Shown here: positions 47,803-59,821 of the stretch, one piece after another | How positions within the stretch are numbered: position 1 is the first letter of the stretch | How the letters are laid out: every line of letters starts with the position of its first letter | Assembly (NCBI GenBank): GCA_963825865.1 | Contig: CAWGVG010000044.1 | Span: 1-64,000 of the forward strand | Origin: an uncultured Nitrososphaeraceae archaeon | GTDB lineage: Archaea > Thermoproteota > Nitrososphaeria > Nitrososphaerales > Nitrososphaeraceae | Length of the DNA stretch: 64,000 bases | Reading direction: 5' to 3' | Made by a program: the position numbers and the translations under genes | Notes under the pieces: model-generated | Database searches by the model: none | What the model was told of the DNA's origin: nothing | What the model saw: only the letters and a program-made list of their open reading frames with translations

Positions 47803-48321
47803 TCGACTGACAGGCCCTGAAATGTCTAAACTCTATTTAAAGTTAAAATTATCGTACAATTTATAAAGCAATGCCAATTTCTGCCTTAAAACCTAGCGAA
47901 CCCCCATAGGAAAACTTGCTACTAAAATACACAAAATTCAGCAATATATATAGACAGATATAGATACAGATATTTGTTCAAAAGATGTTAAAGAAATATC
48001 GCAAATATCCTACCGCTCAATGCTATAGACGATACTTTAAGATAATAGTTAAACTGATAGAGTGATTTCTCTTCTGATTGAATTGCATTACATGTTATGC
48101 TATTGATAGCAAAGATCAACATCTTTAAATGAGTAACTCTTTTAGTTTAGGTGTTTCTTATTCTCCTGTTGTTATGAGTTACTACTGCAAGAATAATAAT
48201 CAATATGCCCATTAATGATTATAGAGGCGATTAACAATTAAAAAGAAGATGGCGTATCCATAATCAAAATTTTTTATTAATAATACTATAATAATTCGCT
48301 CCATCAGCAATGGATTCATAT

Positions 48322-50089
48322 TTACTTTACGGTAACCGATTTGGCTAGATTGCGAGGGTAATCAGGATCTGCATTTTTCTTGAGTGCTAAATAGTATGCT
48401 AGGATCTGCAATGGAATAACTTCAACTAGGGGATAGAATGGATCTCTGACTTGTGGTATTTTGATAAAGTGATCGTAGATATCATTCTTTTTATCTGAAA
48501 TTCCAATTATGGTAGCACCTCTAGCTTTGATTTCATGAGCACTAGAGATTGTATCGTTGAACGTTGCATCTGATGGATTGATTACTATGACACTCGTGTT
48601 CTTATCTATTAATGCTAGCGGTCCATGTTTTAATTCACCAGCTGCAATGCCTTCTGCATGGATGTATGCTAGTTCCTTTATTTTCAACGCCCCTTCGAGG
48701 GCAATGGCATAGTGTAATGACCTTCCCAAAATATAGATGTCTTTCACATCTTCTAGTGAATCTGCTATTTTTGATATATCGCTTTCTGTAGCAAGCAAGA
48801 GATCCATTGCTGTCATAAGGTCATGTTTGTTTAGCGCGATTCCCATACAACCATTACACAATCTATCCGTAATATTGTAAAGAACTGAAAGCTGTCCGGT
48901 AAAACTTTTTGTTGCTGCAACTCCAATTTCAGGCCCGCAATTTACACTAAGAAATGAATCGCTAATCCTAGATAGGGATGAAGTCGGAATATTGACAATT
49001 GAAAGTATCTTTGCTCCCATTTGTTTAGCTGTTTTAGCAGATTGCAAAACATCAGCTGTTTCTCCACTTTGAGAAATCGCAATTAACGCAGAATTACTGT
49101 CAATAGGATCAAGCGAGTATTGGAACTCGCTTGACATAATAGTTTCAGATCGAATTCTGGCAAATTTGGCAAAGATATGTTTCGCAATTAACGCAGAGTG
49201 ATAACTTGTCCCACTTCCTGTAACGTATATGCTTTTTGCGGTTGACAGAATATTGCAAAATCTTTGCATACTATCCTCATCCTGATTTCCTGCTTCAATC
49301 ATTGTACGACTTTGTTCGTGAATTTCTTTCAAAGTATGGTGCGTATATTTACCCTTATCTGCTGGAGCTAGTTCCCAAGCTACCTGCGTAATAGGACGTT
49401 TAATAGAAGAACCCTCAAAGTCAAATAACTCTAATTTTTCTTCATCAATAATAGCAATGTCCTTGTTGTCAAGGAAGATAGCTTTGTCTGTATACTCCAG
49501 AAATCCAAGGATATCGCTTGAAATGAAATATCCATCATCTACTAATCCAATTATTAATGGCTCGTCAAACCTTGCGCCACTAATAGTACCTTCTTCAAAA
49601 ACTGCAACGAATGCATAAGTTCCAATTAATCTTTTACAAGTTTCAATCATTGCCTGTTTTACGTCATGTCGCTCTGCATAATGGACTTCTAGCAGATGTG
49701 CGATAACTTCACTTGTCTGTCTGACTTTTGAATCTATGACCAAGATGAACTAATTCTTCTTTCAATTTATTGTAATTTTCTATAATCCCATTGTGTACAA
49801 CTGCAATATTATTGGTACATGTATAATGTGGATGAGCATTTCTTTCTGTTACCCCGCCATGGGTTGCCCATCTAGTGTGTCCAATACCTATTTGGCCCGG
49901 CAGGTTTCTTAAATTTAGGGATTTACTTACTTCCCCCACTTTGCCTACGCCCTTTCGCATTAGAATTTTGCCGCTATCAATTGTAGCAATACCCACACTA
50001 TCATAACCCCTATATTCCATTCGTTTAAGACTTTCAATCATCACAGGAGTCGCGAATAACTTTCCTCTGTATCCTATTATAGAACACAC
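48322..50089 (-). CDS. glmS: Glutamine-fructose-6-phosphate aminotransferase (frameshift at ~49714)
   Basis: N-terminal Cys, [47 protein letters not shown]. Confidence 0.97.
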
Positions 50090-50260
50090 AATAATTATAT
50101 AATTGTAAATCTTAAAACGCTTATCAAAATAATAATATACCGTTATAAGGCTTTATATACTGCTCTAAAGCGTGATAGAGATACGCAATATAAAAAATTA
50201 AACAATCCTAGTAAATACTGGTAAATAATAATATATAGTGGTTGAGATGATCAGTCACAT

Positions 50261-51218
50261 TTGCGAAAAAAGACTCTTGTAGACGATGGAAATGGCAGGC
50301 TTTTAGGCAAAGAAATAGTTATCTTTGACAATGTGGAACAAATGCGCATTATTTCTAGTCCTCTGGCCTGGAGGATAATGAAGCTATTATCAGGTAAATC
50401 TATGTATCCTGCACAAATTGCAAAAGAGTTAAAAATTTACGAGCAGAGTGCATATTACTATATTCACAAGCTAGTAGGTATTGGCGTTGTAGAAGAAGTA
50501 GGAACAAAGCTTGTTAGGGGCGGTACTGCCAGGCTATATCGCTCCTTGAGTCCCTCTTTTGGTATAGAAATGGATTGTGGAGAAAAACAGATAGATTATC
50601 TAATGGGTGTCGAAAAGAAGTATCAATACGCACGTAAATTTTTTAGTGATTATATCATCAATAATTCATTCCATGGCCTCATTGTAGTTGGTGCACCCGA
50701 CCCACATGGACCTTACAGATCGTCTGCAAGAGACGGACATTATGCCGTACAATTGGCATTTTTCTTGGGAACAATCTGCAATATTCCAGCCGAATTTATC
50801 GTTAAGCTTGATGCCGACGCAAAAGCAGAAAAAGTTCTGGAGGATCGTAATTTGATTTCTATTGGTGGCCCTGGTACAGAATATCGTGACAGCAGAGTTT
50901 AACAGATACTTACCGATAAAATTCAACGAAGAAAATTTTTGGTCAGGTTTGGTAGAGGGATCTGGCAAACTTTACAACTCAGACAATCACGGTTTAATAG
51001 CCAAGATAAAAAATCCGCATAGTAACAACGGGAATGTAATTATAGTTGCAGGAGTAAGATCTATAGGAACTAAATCTGCAGTCATTGCCTTGACGAATTA
51101 TAGCGAAGAAATTTTAAGAAATTATCAATACCAAGACGAATGGGCTTTAGTAGTACAAGGATTCGATATGAACTCTGATGGAAAAATTGATCATGTGGAT
51201 ATTGTGTCAGTGTTTTAA
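50261..51218 (+). CDS. ArsR-like wHTH fused to an S-layer-C-like alpha/beta domain (frameshift at ~50878)
   Basis: MYPAQIAKEL..YYYIHKL..G; IVVG.PDPHG, NLISIGGP..N, IIVAG...GTKSA. Confidence 0.7.
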
Positions 51219-51722
51219 GCAAAATGATCTAAGAAGGGGAGGTAGGACCCATTGAGATATGCAATAAAATCTGCGGCTTTCTTCTCTTTTTACAAGGTAA
51301 CCTGGAAGATTTACAATTCTGTTTCCTAAGGAAACGTGGCCATGAACTACAATTTGTCGTGCTTGATGTGGTGATTTTGTGCCTCCTTTCTTCATTACTA
51401 TCGTTTGAAGCCTTCTTTCAAGAAGGTCCTCGATCTTGAGGTTCAAAATATCGTCGAGTGTTGCAGATTCATTTACCAAACCAAGTCTATTCAGAGAGCT
51501 TAACAATCGTGTTTCTTTCTCATGTCTCACTTCTGTTGGAAGTGCGAGTAATGCCCGGGCTTGGTTTCTAAATCTAGCAACTTCTGTCTGTGCCTTCCAT
51601 AGTTCGCGTTTATTTCTTAATCCATATGAACCTACGATATAAAGTTCGGCACCAAGTTGGTCAGTAGTCCATATTCTTCTTGGTCTATGGAATGTTTTTT
51701 TTGATTTACGCGGATCTCCCAC
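51207..51722 (-). CDS. rps4: 30S ribosomal protein uS4
   Basis: MGDPRK, YGLRNKRELWK, LERRLQT, ARQ.VVHGH. Confidence 0.97.
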   Translation of the reverse strand: MGDPRKSKKTFHRPRRIWTTDQLGAELYIVGSYGLRNKRELWKAQTEVARFRNQARALLALPTEVRHEKETRLLSSLNRLGLVNESATLDDILNLKIEDLLERRLQTIVMKKGGTKSPHQARQIVVHGHVSLGNRIVNLPGYLVKREESRRFYCISQWVLPPLLRSFCLKH

Positions 51723-51737
51723 ATCTGAACACTTTTA

Positions 51738-52337
51738 TTATTTTTTAACGGTCTCCCTTGAGGAGTCGCCGCCCGTTTTAGATGTTGATACACCACTGCT
51801 CGCTGCTTTGGCAATTTCTGTTGTCGATGCTGGCCCTGCTGTTCCAGCGACTGCTGTAGGTGCACCTGAAGGACCTCCAGGCATAGGTTTACCTGTCTTC
51901 TTGACACCTACTGCACCGCCTTTTCTTCCAGTTGTTCGGGTACACTGACCTCTTACTCTTAGACCAAACATATGTCTATATCCACGCCAACTCATTACGG
52001 CTTTTTCACGCTCAATATCATTTGAGATTGCAAAGTCAAGATCGGATGTAATAAGGTGTCGATCAGAACCGGTATCCATATCTTTTCTTCTATTCATATA
52101 CCAATCCGGCATTCCGGATTTCGAGGGATTCTTAATAGCTGTATCAATGTCTGCCAACTCTCTATCTGTCATAAATCCAATACGCATGTTTGGATTCATA
52201 TTTAGAGACTGAAGTAGTACTCGTGCAAAATTGTAACCGATACCTTTAACTTCGCTTAATGCAACAATCATTTTCTTGCTGCCCAGAATGTCCTTACCTG
52301 CGATTCTAAGGATGTGTTTATAGTCGAATGCTGACAA
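51738..52337 (-). CDS. rps13: 30S ribosomal protein uS13 with low-complexity C-terminal tail
   Basis: KGIG, NRRKD..TG, WRGYRH..GLRVRGQ.TRTTGR. Confidence 0.97.
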   Translation of the reverse strand: MSAFDYKHILRIAGKDILGSKKMIVALSEVKGIGYNFARVLLQSLNMNPNMRIGFMTDRELADIDTAIKNPSKSGMPDWYMNRRKDMDTGSDRHLITSDLDFAISNDIEREKAVMSWRGYRHMFGLRVRGQCTRTTGRKGGAVGVKKTGKPMPGGPSGAPTAVAGTAGPASTTEIAKAASSGVSTSKTGGDSSRETVKK

Positions 52338-52626
52338 ATTAAAGTCATGAAAGAGTGTCCGAAATAAAAACCATACTGGATTTATTATACTCGTGTCGCG
52401 GACTCTGTATTTGAAAACTTCTCAATATTTCCACAAAAGTCAATACTCCACTCTAGTCATCTCTTTTAGTTGGATGTCGAAGATGTTTTATGAAAATTTT
52501 ACACTATTACATTCGTTATTAGGACTGTGAGCAATTACACAAAAATATAATGCCCAAAGATGTTAAAACAAATTTTTATTGTGATTATATTTATGCAACA
52601 AAAGTACCATTCTTTAATTGATAATG

Positions 52627-52633
52627 TTTAAAT
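52627..52633 (+). promoter_or_regulatory. TATA box of the first AAA+/VWA pair
   Basis: TTTAAAT ending 30 nt upstream of ATG 52663. Confidence 0.5.
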
Positions 52634-52662
52634 TTGTCAGAAGAGCGTCAATTTTATGATTA

Positions 52663-54322
52663 ATGAGTTCTAAAAATGTAGAAGAGGGTGTACATCGTTC
52701 ATACACTTCAAAGCCAAAATATACGGAATTAGTACCGGGCGTTCCTGAAGATTATAAACAGATCAAAACTCTGGGAGATTTACTAAAGATCAATTACAAA
52801 CATGTTTCAGTTGAAGAACAAATGCGTGGTAACCTCATTGTAAAAATGAAAAAAGGAGACCATCCATATTCAGGTATTATTGGTTATGAGGATGATGTTA
52901 TTCCAGCATTAAACAGGGCTGTTTTGTCAGGTCATGACATGCTCATCATTGGACAAGTTGGACAAGCAAAGACAAAAATTGCAGAATCTATTGCCAAGAA
53001 CTTGCTTTCATCGATTCCTGTAGTCCGAGGAACAATTACAAATGATATTCCAACTTCAATTCCTGAAAAACAGCTTATTGCTCTATTAAATGATTCAGAA
53101 GTTATTCGCGCTTCTCCTGAATTTAGTGTTTCTAGAGAATGTGAAGATATTATTAGAAACAACAAATTGGACACAAAACTCGACTGGATTGATGGCATAG
53201 ATAGGTATAGATACATTCTTGCTACGCCGGATATTTCTGTCAAAGATCTAGTTGGTCAAATTGATGCGATCAAGATTGCCAAGAAAGGTGTTGAATTGTA
53301 TAACATAGAATCATATTCTCCTGGTCAACTGTTGCAAGCACGACATGGAATTATGTGTATCGATGAGTTACCCGCATTAGATCCACGAAAACAAGTTGCG
53401 TTACTGAGCGTTCTACAGGAAGGCAAATTTACAACCGGATCATATCCTGTAGTTTTCAAGCCCGATACGAAAATTATCGCAACTGCTAATCCAATAGATT
53501 ATACACATTCTGGCAAGATTATCGAACCTTTGTTTGACAGATTGCGAAGCCACATAAATACTCACTATCCTAGAAATACTGCTGATGAGATACTTATTAT
53601 TGTTCAAGAAGCGAATATCGCTGATGCTAACAATGTATTTTTACCAATTTTTATTCTAAAGACGATGGCCACGATAACACAGTTAGCCAGAACCCATCAT
53701 GATATTAATCATGACACAGGTGTAAGTGTTAGAATGGGAATCCATTCTATGGAGCTTTTGGTCGGCGAAGCAGAGCGAACTAGATCAATAGTGCATTATG
53801 TAAAGGCGGTACCACGATTTTGTGACCTTCACAGCATACACCAATCATCAAAGTTCGAGTTATCTGAAATGGAAGATAATCGTCAAAATAGAATAAATAT
53901 ATTGAATTCATTAATTAATGACGCAATTAAGGAAGTTTCACTCCAATATGTTCAAAAGATATCTTCAGAACAAATAACGAAATTGAAAAATGAATTTATA
54001 AAAAATAAAGCATTTATGGTATCTCAAGTTATTTTGGGCGATAAGAAATCCGATTTAGCTGATTATGAGTCACAGTTGGCTAAGTTCCCTAACTTAAAAC
54101 AAGTATTAAACGAAACCGTGGTAGATATCAAAGATGAGCAGAAACAACTGGTGGAAAGAGCAAAACAGATTGGAATAAAAACCGATAATATATCCATAAC
54201 ACAGGATTTAGACGGCGAGTTTGCTGGCAGCAGTTACTGAATTGGTTCTAGAGGGTCTGAGATGGATCCATCCACCTTTACTTGATAGAAAGGATAACAC
54301 CAACTATGTCCTCGCACAGTAA
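52663..54322 (+). CDS. Mg-chelatase-I/MoxR-like AAA+ ATPase (frameshift at ~54226)
   Basis: GIIGYED.V.P, Walker A GQVGQAKT, ATPD.SV.DL.G, Walker B CIDE, ATANP.DYT..GKII.PL.DR, GVSVR. Confidence 0.88.
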
Positions 54323-55705
54323 TAGTCCTAGTATTAAGCAATTTGTTTATTTTCCTCATGAAGGTGAGGATCAACAGCAAAAGAGAAACGAGGGACAAGG
54401 AGGTCGGAGTATATCAAATGGCATACTCGATAAGTTGCTGAGTGCTGTTGGTAGAGAAGGTACTGAGGGAGAAGACCCCAAATCTATGGGAACTTGAACA
54501 AACTTTACAGGATGTCATTTCAACTCATTACAAACAAACAGAGAAAAACAAACAACAGGAAAAGAATGGCCAAAACACGGATACCAAAGGTGCAGGTATA
54601 CAGATGTCTGGAATGCCTCTAATAACACAGCTAATACAGAGAGGATACCTCAAAGATACCGGAAAATGGCTTAGCACACGAGGCTTTATAGATATCGGTG
54701 GAAAAATTTTAAACGATGTTATGAAAGCCTTGAAAACAGGCGATTTTGGAATACATACTACGACAAGCCTAGGCTCAGGATCTTCTTGTATTGGATACAA
54801 ACAAGAAATATGAACCGGGAGATGATATTCGACTTGTTAATGTTCCAAGTTCATTGCTGAACACCGTTCAGAGAGCAGCTAAGAAAGGTGGACAGATCAA
54901 AATTCCTTTGGATATAGATTTAGAGGATTTGGAAGAATATGAAACGATGCAGGATGTTAGAGTGGCGCTAGTTTACTGTATTGACCTAAGCTCTACTATG
55001 CGTTATTCTTCTATGTTTGGAGATATGAGTAGAATTGAGGCTGCCAAAAGAGCACTTTGGAGTCTCTTTCTTTTAAATAGGAAATTTTTTCCATCAGATT
55101 CAATATACATTGTTGGTTTCGGAGCCCTAGCATCAAAAGTCTCCCCTCAAGATATTCCCTATCTAAAGACCTTTGAGCCAGGCTCTGACTTTTTGCACTA
55201 TACAAATTATCAATCAGCTTTTCGACTGGCAAGCAAAATTCTGCAAAAAGATGGTGCGATAAATATGCGAATTATCCTGATAACTGATGGTCATCCCAGT
55301 GCTTGCTTTATTGATAAAAAAGAGGAACAGGATAAAATTTTGTCTCAAAGACCATATTCCCATTTCTATACTGCAAATAAAGAAACTCTTGATTCCATGA
55401 AGCAAAATCAAGGTATGAATCTTGATATCGCGTCAGGAGAGTTAGTCTATCTATGTTATCGTTATAGGCAGGTAGACCAGTATATTGGAGAAAGGACAAT
55501 CTTAGAAGCTAAAAAATGCCACAGAATGGGAATTGATATTGATACTATTATGATCAGCGAAGAAGATTCATTATTAGGTTATGTTAACGAAATGGCAAAA
55601 CATGTTAAAGGCAGATCTTACTATATTAACCCAGGAATAATCGACAAGGTGCTCCTCACTGACTATTTAAGCAATAAAAAACAAACTATTCGAGCTCATT
55701 ACTAG
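54306..55705 (+). CDS. VWA-domain partner protein (3 fragments)
   Basis: YEPGD, MIDAS-like IDLSSTM, TNY, ITDG.PSA; overlaps the ATPase stop. Confidence 0.85.
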
Positions 55706-55778
55706 GTTAAGATGAGTAATATCAAATTTGATTAAAGGGATGATCATTGACAATTAGTTTTTATGTATAGATAGGTGA

Positions 55779-56594
55779 TTGCAGCAGAAGATGATGTTAG
55801 GAATCAATTATCTTGACTGGAATAATGCTCTTAGTGTATTAAACAAGGCTTACGAAACAGGATTATTCGCTTTAATTATAGGTCCAAAGGGTACTGGCAA
55901 AACAACTCTTGTAAGAAAATTTGCATCCCAGATGAAAAAAGAACTATATTCCGTTAACTTTAGTCTTCGCACTCGTGAGTCGCACCTAATCGGTACCAAA
56001 ACTCTTGATAAAGGAGAAATCAGTTTTGTCGAGGGCATACTTGTAAAATCGATGCGGGAAGGAAGTCTACTATACCTTGATGAATTAAATGCTGCAGAAG
56101 CAGACGTCTTGTTAAGGTTAGATGAAGCACTTGATGATAGAAGGCAGTTAGTACTAAAAGAAGCGGAAGGACAGATCATTAATGCTACTGCTGATTGGTT
56201 TGTAATTGCAACAATTAATCCTTTATCACATGTTGGAACAAAAGAGTTGCCTCCTCAAGTTCTTAGCAGATTCCCCTTTAGGCTGAGATTAGATTACCCT
56301 CCTGAAGATATTGAGCTTGAGATTATTAATCAGCATACAACAGTCGATAATTCAAAAACAAACGATGTGAAACATGCAATTAAACTTGCAATGAGTTTGC
56401 GGGAAGCAGCGGCTTTAGAAGAATTATATTATAGTCCCAGTTTGAGGGAAACAATTGCTTTTGCAAAACTGCTTAATACAGGCATTGCTGCAAAGCAGGC
56501 AGCAGAAATTGTCTTCGCGAATGTTTATGAACAGTGGGGTGAAGTGGAATATCGAAAAGTTATGGATATGATAATATCTATTTTTGGCAACTAG
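55779..56594 (+). CDS. CbbQ/NirQ/NorQ-type MoxR AAA+ ATPase
   Basis: GPKGTGKT, YLDELN, LDDRRQL, ATINP, GTKELP, SRF, YP, SPSLR. Confidence 0.9.
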   Translation: MQQKMMLGINYLDWNNALSVLNKAYETGLFALIIGPKGTGKTTLVRKFASQMKKELYSVNFSLRTRESHLIGTKTLDKGEISFVEGILVKSMREGSLLYLDELNAAEADVLLRLDEALDDRRQLVLKEAEGQIINATADWFVIATINPLSHVGTKELPPQVLSRFPFRLRLDYPPEDIELEIINQHTTVDNSKTNDVKHAIKLAMSLREAAALEELYYSPSLRETIAFAKLLNTGIAAKQAAEIVFANVYEQWGEVEYRKVMDMIISIFGN

Positions 56595-56624
56595 TATTTC
56601 TGGAAACGGTTTAGAGTAAATGAC

Positions 56625-58188
56625 ATGATAATGCGAAATGACGTATTATTAGATATTGCAACCTTCTTGGCTAGAAGATGGTCTGGAAACCCTAAAATTG
56701 TTATAATATTAACGCAAGACAAAATTCCAATAGCAAAACCCGACAAAAATCAGATCATACTTCCACTTCTTAATTACTATCCCGGGACCGATCTTCAAAA
56801 ATATCGGCAGTGGCGGGTTGCATTATGGTATGAATCAATGCGAATACGTTATTCAACAAAAGTTCTAAGCTATGAACACGCCTTTGGACTACTTCTAAAT
56901 ACTATTGAAACCAAGCGTGTCGAGCATCTTGGACTTCACGAATGGGAGGGAATAATAAACGAGCTCATTTTCAATGAGGGTATATCGTGGTTGTCACGTC
57001 CTCTTTTAAATTCAATTTATGGAAAATACAAGATTGCCGAGGCATTTTCCCAGTATTTTCTGACGGGGTATATTAAAGGTGAATTATATGGAAGCGAATA
57101 CGAGAGGGTAAAGAAGGCTTCGGATCTCGCAAACCACATCGTCCAAGAAGCGATTAAAAATAATTATGGAACTGACTGGATAGAACAATATATACCTCAA
57201 TTAATTAAAATGCTTGAAATAGATTCTCTTACATCGATTCCGATCCTTGCCCCAAGGACAAGAATTGGTATATCAATGAACCAAAGTGATCTGTTAAAAC
57301 AAATAGAAAAAATGGTTAAAATAAAACACGGAAATAAAGATATTGACAAGACAACAAAAGAGATTGTTGAAGGAAACGAAGTTTTAAGTGAATTTGAAAC
57401 TCTGATAAGGGAAAGTAAAAAAAATGAAAATAAAGGTTATGAGAGTTTGATAAATTTCGGTCTAAGTGTTCCTGAAAAAATGGATGTTGATGAAACACAA
57501 ATTTACAACACCGATTTAATACAAAAGATAAAGGCCGCCTTCAGAGACTGGAGAAGTGGCTGGATAGAACTGCATGAAAAAACTGGCGAAGAATTTGATG
57601 CTGAAAGTTACGCTGAAACATTACCCAAACTATTTTTGACAGACTTTAAACTTTCGATTAAAACAAAAGTTGCAATCCTGCTCGATCATTCCAGTAGTAT
57701 TGAAGATGTAGAATTAGAATACAAACAAGCAACCATTGCTCTCTGTGAAGCACTGCATTATCTTGGAATAAAATTTGCAGTTTATGCTTTCAGGTACAGA
57801 AGCAAGACAGGTAAAATGCTGGGTAATAAAACCACCAGCCATAAAATGGTCTGTAGTTAGTGCTCGAAGGTTAGTGCAAATAAAGGCAAGTGGAGGTACG
57901 CCTCTTGCAGAAATTTATGGTTTATTACAGCCTGTTATAAAATCATTTAAGCCTGATATCATGGTGACTTTAACCGATGGTGAGCCATCTGATTTTAATG
58001 CAGTGCGAGGAATGGTTCTATCTTACAGAAAGATTGGCATAAATATGACGGCTCTTGGCGTAGGTAGAAACCTGAACGATTCAGTCAGTATAGCTCATAA
58101 TCTAAAATACTTAAACTATGAGAAAACTTTGGCTGTCAGTAGATTACAAGATATGCCAAAAAAAGTAATAAATTTGCTTCGAACCTAG
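56625..58188 (+). CDS. CbbO/NorD-like VWA protein (frameshift at ~57793)
   Basis: C-terminal MIDAS LDHSSSI, GGTP, LTDGEP; N-terminal IETKRVE segment. Confidence 0.85.
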
Positions 58189-58850
58189 ATCATCAGTTCA
58201 GGATTTTCTTTCTTCACTTTTTTCCAATCGGCAAGAAATGTGGCAAGACCTTTCTCTGTAAGTGGATGTAGCATCATTTTTCCCAGAATATCTGGAGGCA
58301 GTGTTACTACATGTGCTCCAATTTTCCCTGCTTCAATCACATGGAGCGGATGTCTTATGCTTGCCACAAGAATTTCGGTATTAAATTGATAGTTTTTAAA
58401 AATCTGAACAATGTCTTTAACGACTGTCATACCTTCCTCACCGATGTCGTCCAACCTCCCAATAAATGGACTTACATAAGATGCACCAGCTTTTGCCGCC
58501 AGAATTGCTTGGTTGGCAGAGAAAATAAGTGTGACATTGGTTTCAATCCCTTCTTTTTTCAACTTTTTGACCGCTTTCATGCCTTCTGGAATCATTGGAA
58601 TTTTGACAATGACATTTTGACCATACTTCTTTAACTTATAAGCTTCTTCCAACATTTCTTCCACCTTTGTTCCTAACACTTCGAGACTCACAGGTCCCTT
58701 TACAATTTTGACAATTTCTCGCATTATTTCTGATGGATTCCCCTTCTCCTTTGAGAGAAGAGTAGGATTAGTTGTAACGCCATCGACAACTCCCATATCG
58801 TTATACATGTTGATAGCCTCTATATTGGCAGTATCAAGAAATATTTTCAT
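58185..58850 (-). CDS. tal: Transaldolase (FSA/TalC family)
   Basis: FLDTA, GVTTNPTL, VKIP, NVTLIFS, YVSPFIGRLDD, ASIR. Confidence 0.95.
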   Translation of the reverse strand: MKIFLDTANIEAINMYNDMGVVDGVTTNPTLLSKEKGNPSEIMREIVKIVKGPVSLEVLGTKVEEMLEEAYKLKKYGQNVIVKIPMIPEGMKAVKKLKKEGIETNVTLIFSANQAILAAKAGASYVSPFIGRLDDIGEEGMTVVKDIVQIFKNYQFNTEILVASIRHPLHVIEAGKIGAHVVTLPPDILGKMMLHPLTEKGLATFLADWKKVKKENPELMI

Positions 58851-59821
58851 CTTTTGCTCCTACTTCTAGCTTCAATAACTGCCTGTGCTATTTCTTTTTC
58901 GGTTAGCCCATACTTTTCCAATAATGCATCAATTTCCTCATCTCTAGCGGATTCTCCAAATCTGTCGTGTATACCTACACGCCTAATTGGTACAGGATAA
59001 CTCTCAGCGGATGCTTCAGTTACAGCACCCCCAAGTCCTCCAATAACATTATGCTCTTCGGCAGTCACGATTGCTCCTGTTTCTCTACCACTTTTTTCTA
59101 CAAGATCTCTATCAATAGGTTTGATCGAAAACATGTCTACAACACGACACGAAATATCTTCTTCTCGCTTCAAAATCTCTGCTGCCTCCAAAGATCTTGC
59201 CACCATCAATCCGCATGATATAATGGTTGCGTCTGACCCGTCGCGTAAAACATTTCCTTTACCTATATCGAATGCTGTTTCGTTTTCTGCATACAAGACC
59301 TCACTAGAGGGTCTCGCAAGCCTAACATAAAATGGACCGGGAGTCTGTGCTACCGTCTTGATCAAGTGTCCGACTGACACTGCATCAGCCGGGACAATTA
59401 CTCTCATGTTTGGAATAGTTCTCATACTTGCAAAATCCTCAATTTGTTGATGCGATGCCCCATCTGGCCCTACAGTTAAGCCAGCATGCGAGACAACAAG
59501 TTTTACGTTGAGATTTGGATAACAAATAGTGTTACGAATTTGGTCTAGGCATCTACCAGGAAGGAAAGCTCCGTAGGTGCCGGCAAATGCAATTTTACCA
59601 GCTATAGCAAGACCAGCTGCTATGGAAACAAGGTTTGCTTCTGCAATTCCTACGTTGAACATTCTATCTGGATATTTATCTCCAAATTTTTTTGTCTTGA
59701 GGGAATCTGTAGTATCAGCTCCAACACAAACTACGTTGTGATGAGTTCTACCTATCTCTACTAACGTATCACCATAGATCCCTCTCATATCAGCGGTCTT
59801 TCTCTCACTACTTAACTGCAT
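58847..59821 (-). CDS. Transketolase pyrimidine-binding / C-terminal subunit
   Basis: NVGIAEAN, DQIR, GPDGASHQ, YVRL, EEH..GGLG. Confidence 0.94.
   Translation of the reverse strand: MQLSSERKTADMRGIYGDTLVEIGRTHHNVVCVGADTTDSLKTKKFGDKYPDRMFNVGIAEANLVSIAAGLAIAGKIAFAGTYGAFLPGRCLDQIRNTICYPNLNVKLVVSHAGLTVGPDGASHQQIEDFASMRTIPNMRVIVPADAVSVGHLIKTVAQTPGPFYVRLARPSSEVLYAENETAFDIGKGNVLRDGSDATIISCGLMVARSLEAAEILKREEDISCRVVDMFSIKPIDRDLVEKSGRETGAIVTAEEHNVIGGLGGAVTEASAESYPVPIRRVGIHDRFGESARDEEIDALLEKYGLTEKEIAQAVIEARSRSKR

Noticed and set aside
51738-51900. Ala/Gly/Thr-rich tail of uS13, and similarly the charged tail of uL18
   Set aside because: Low-complexity ribosomal protein extensions are common in this lineage.
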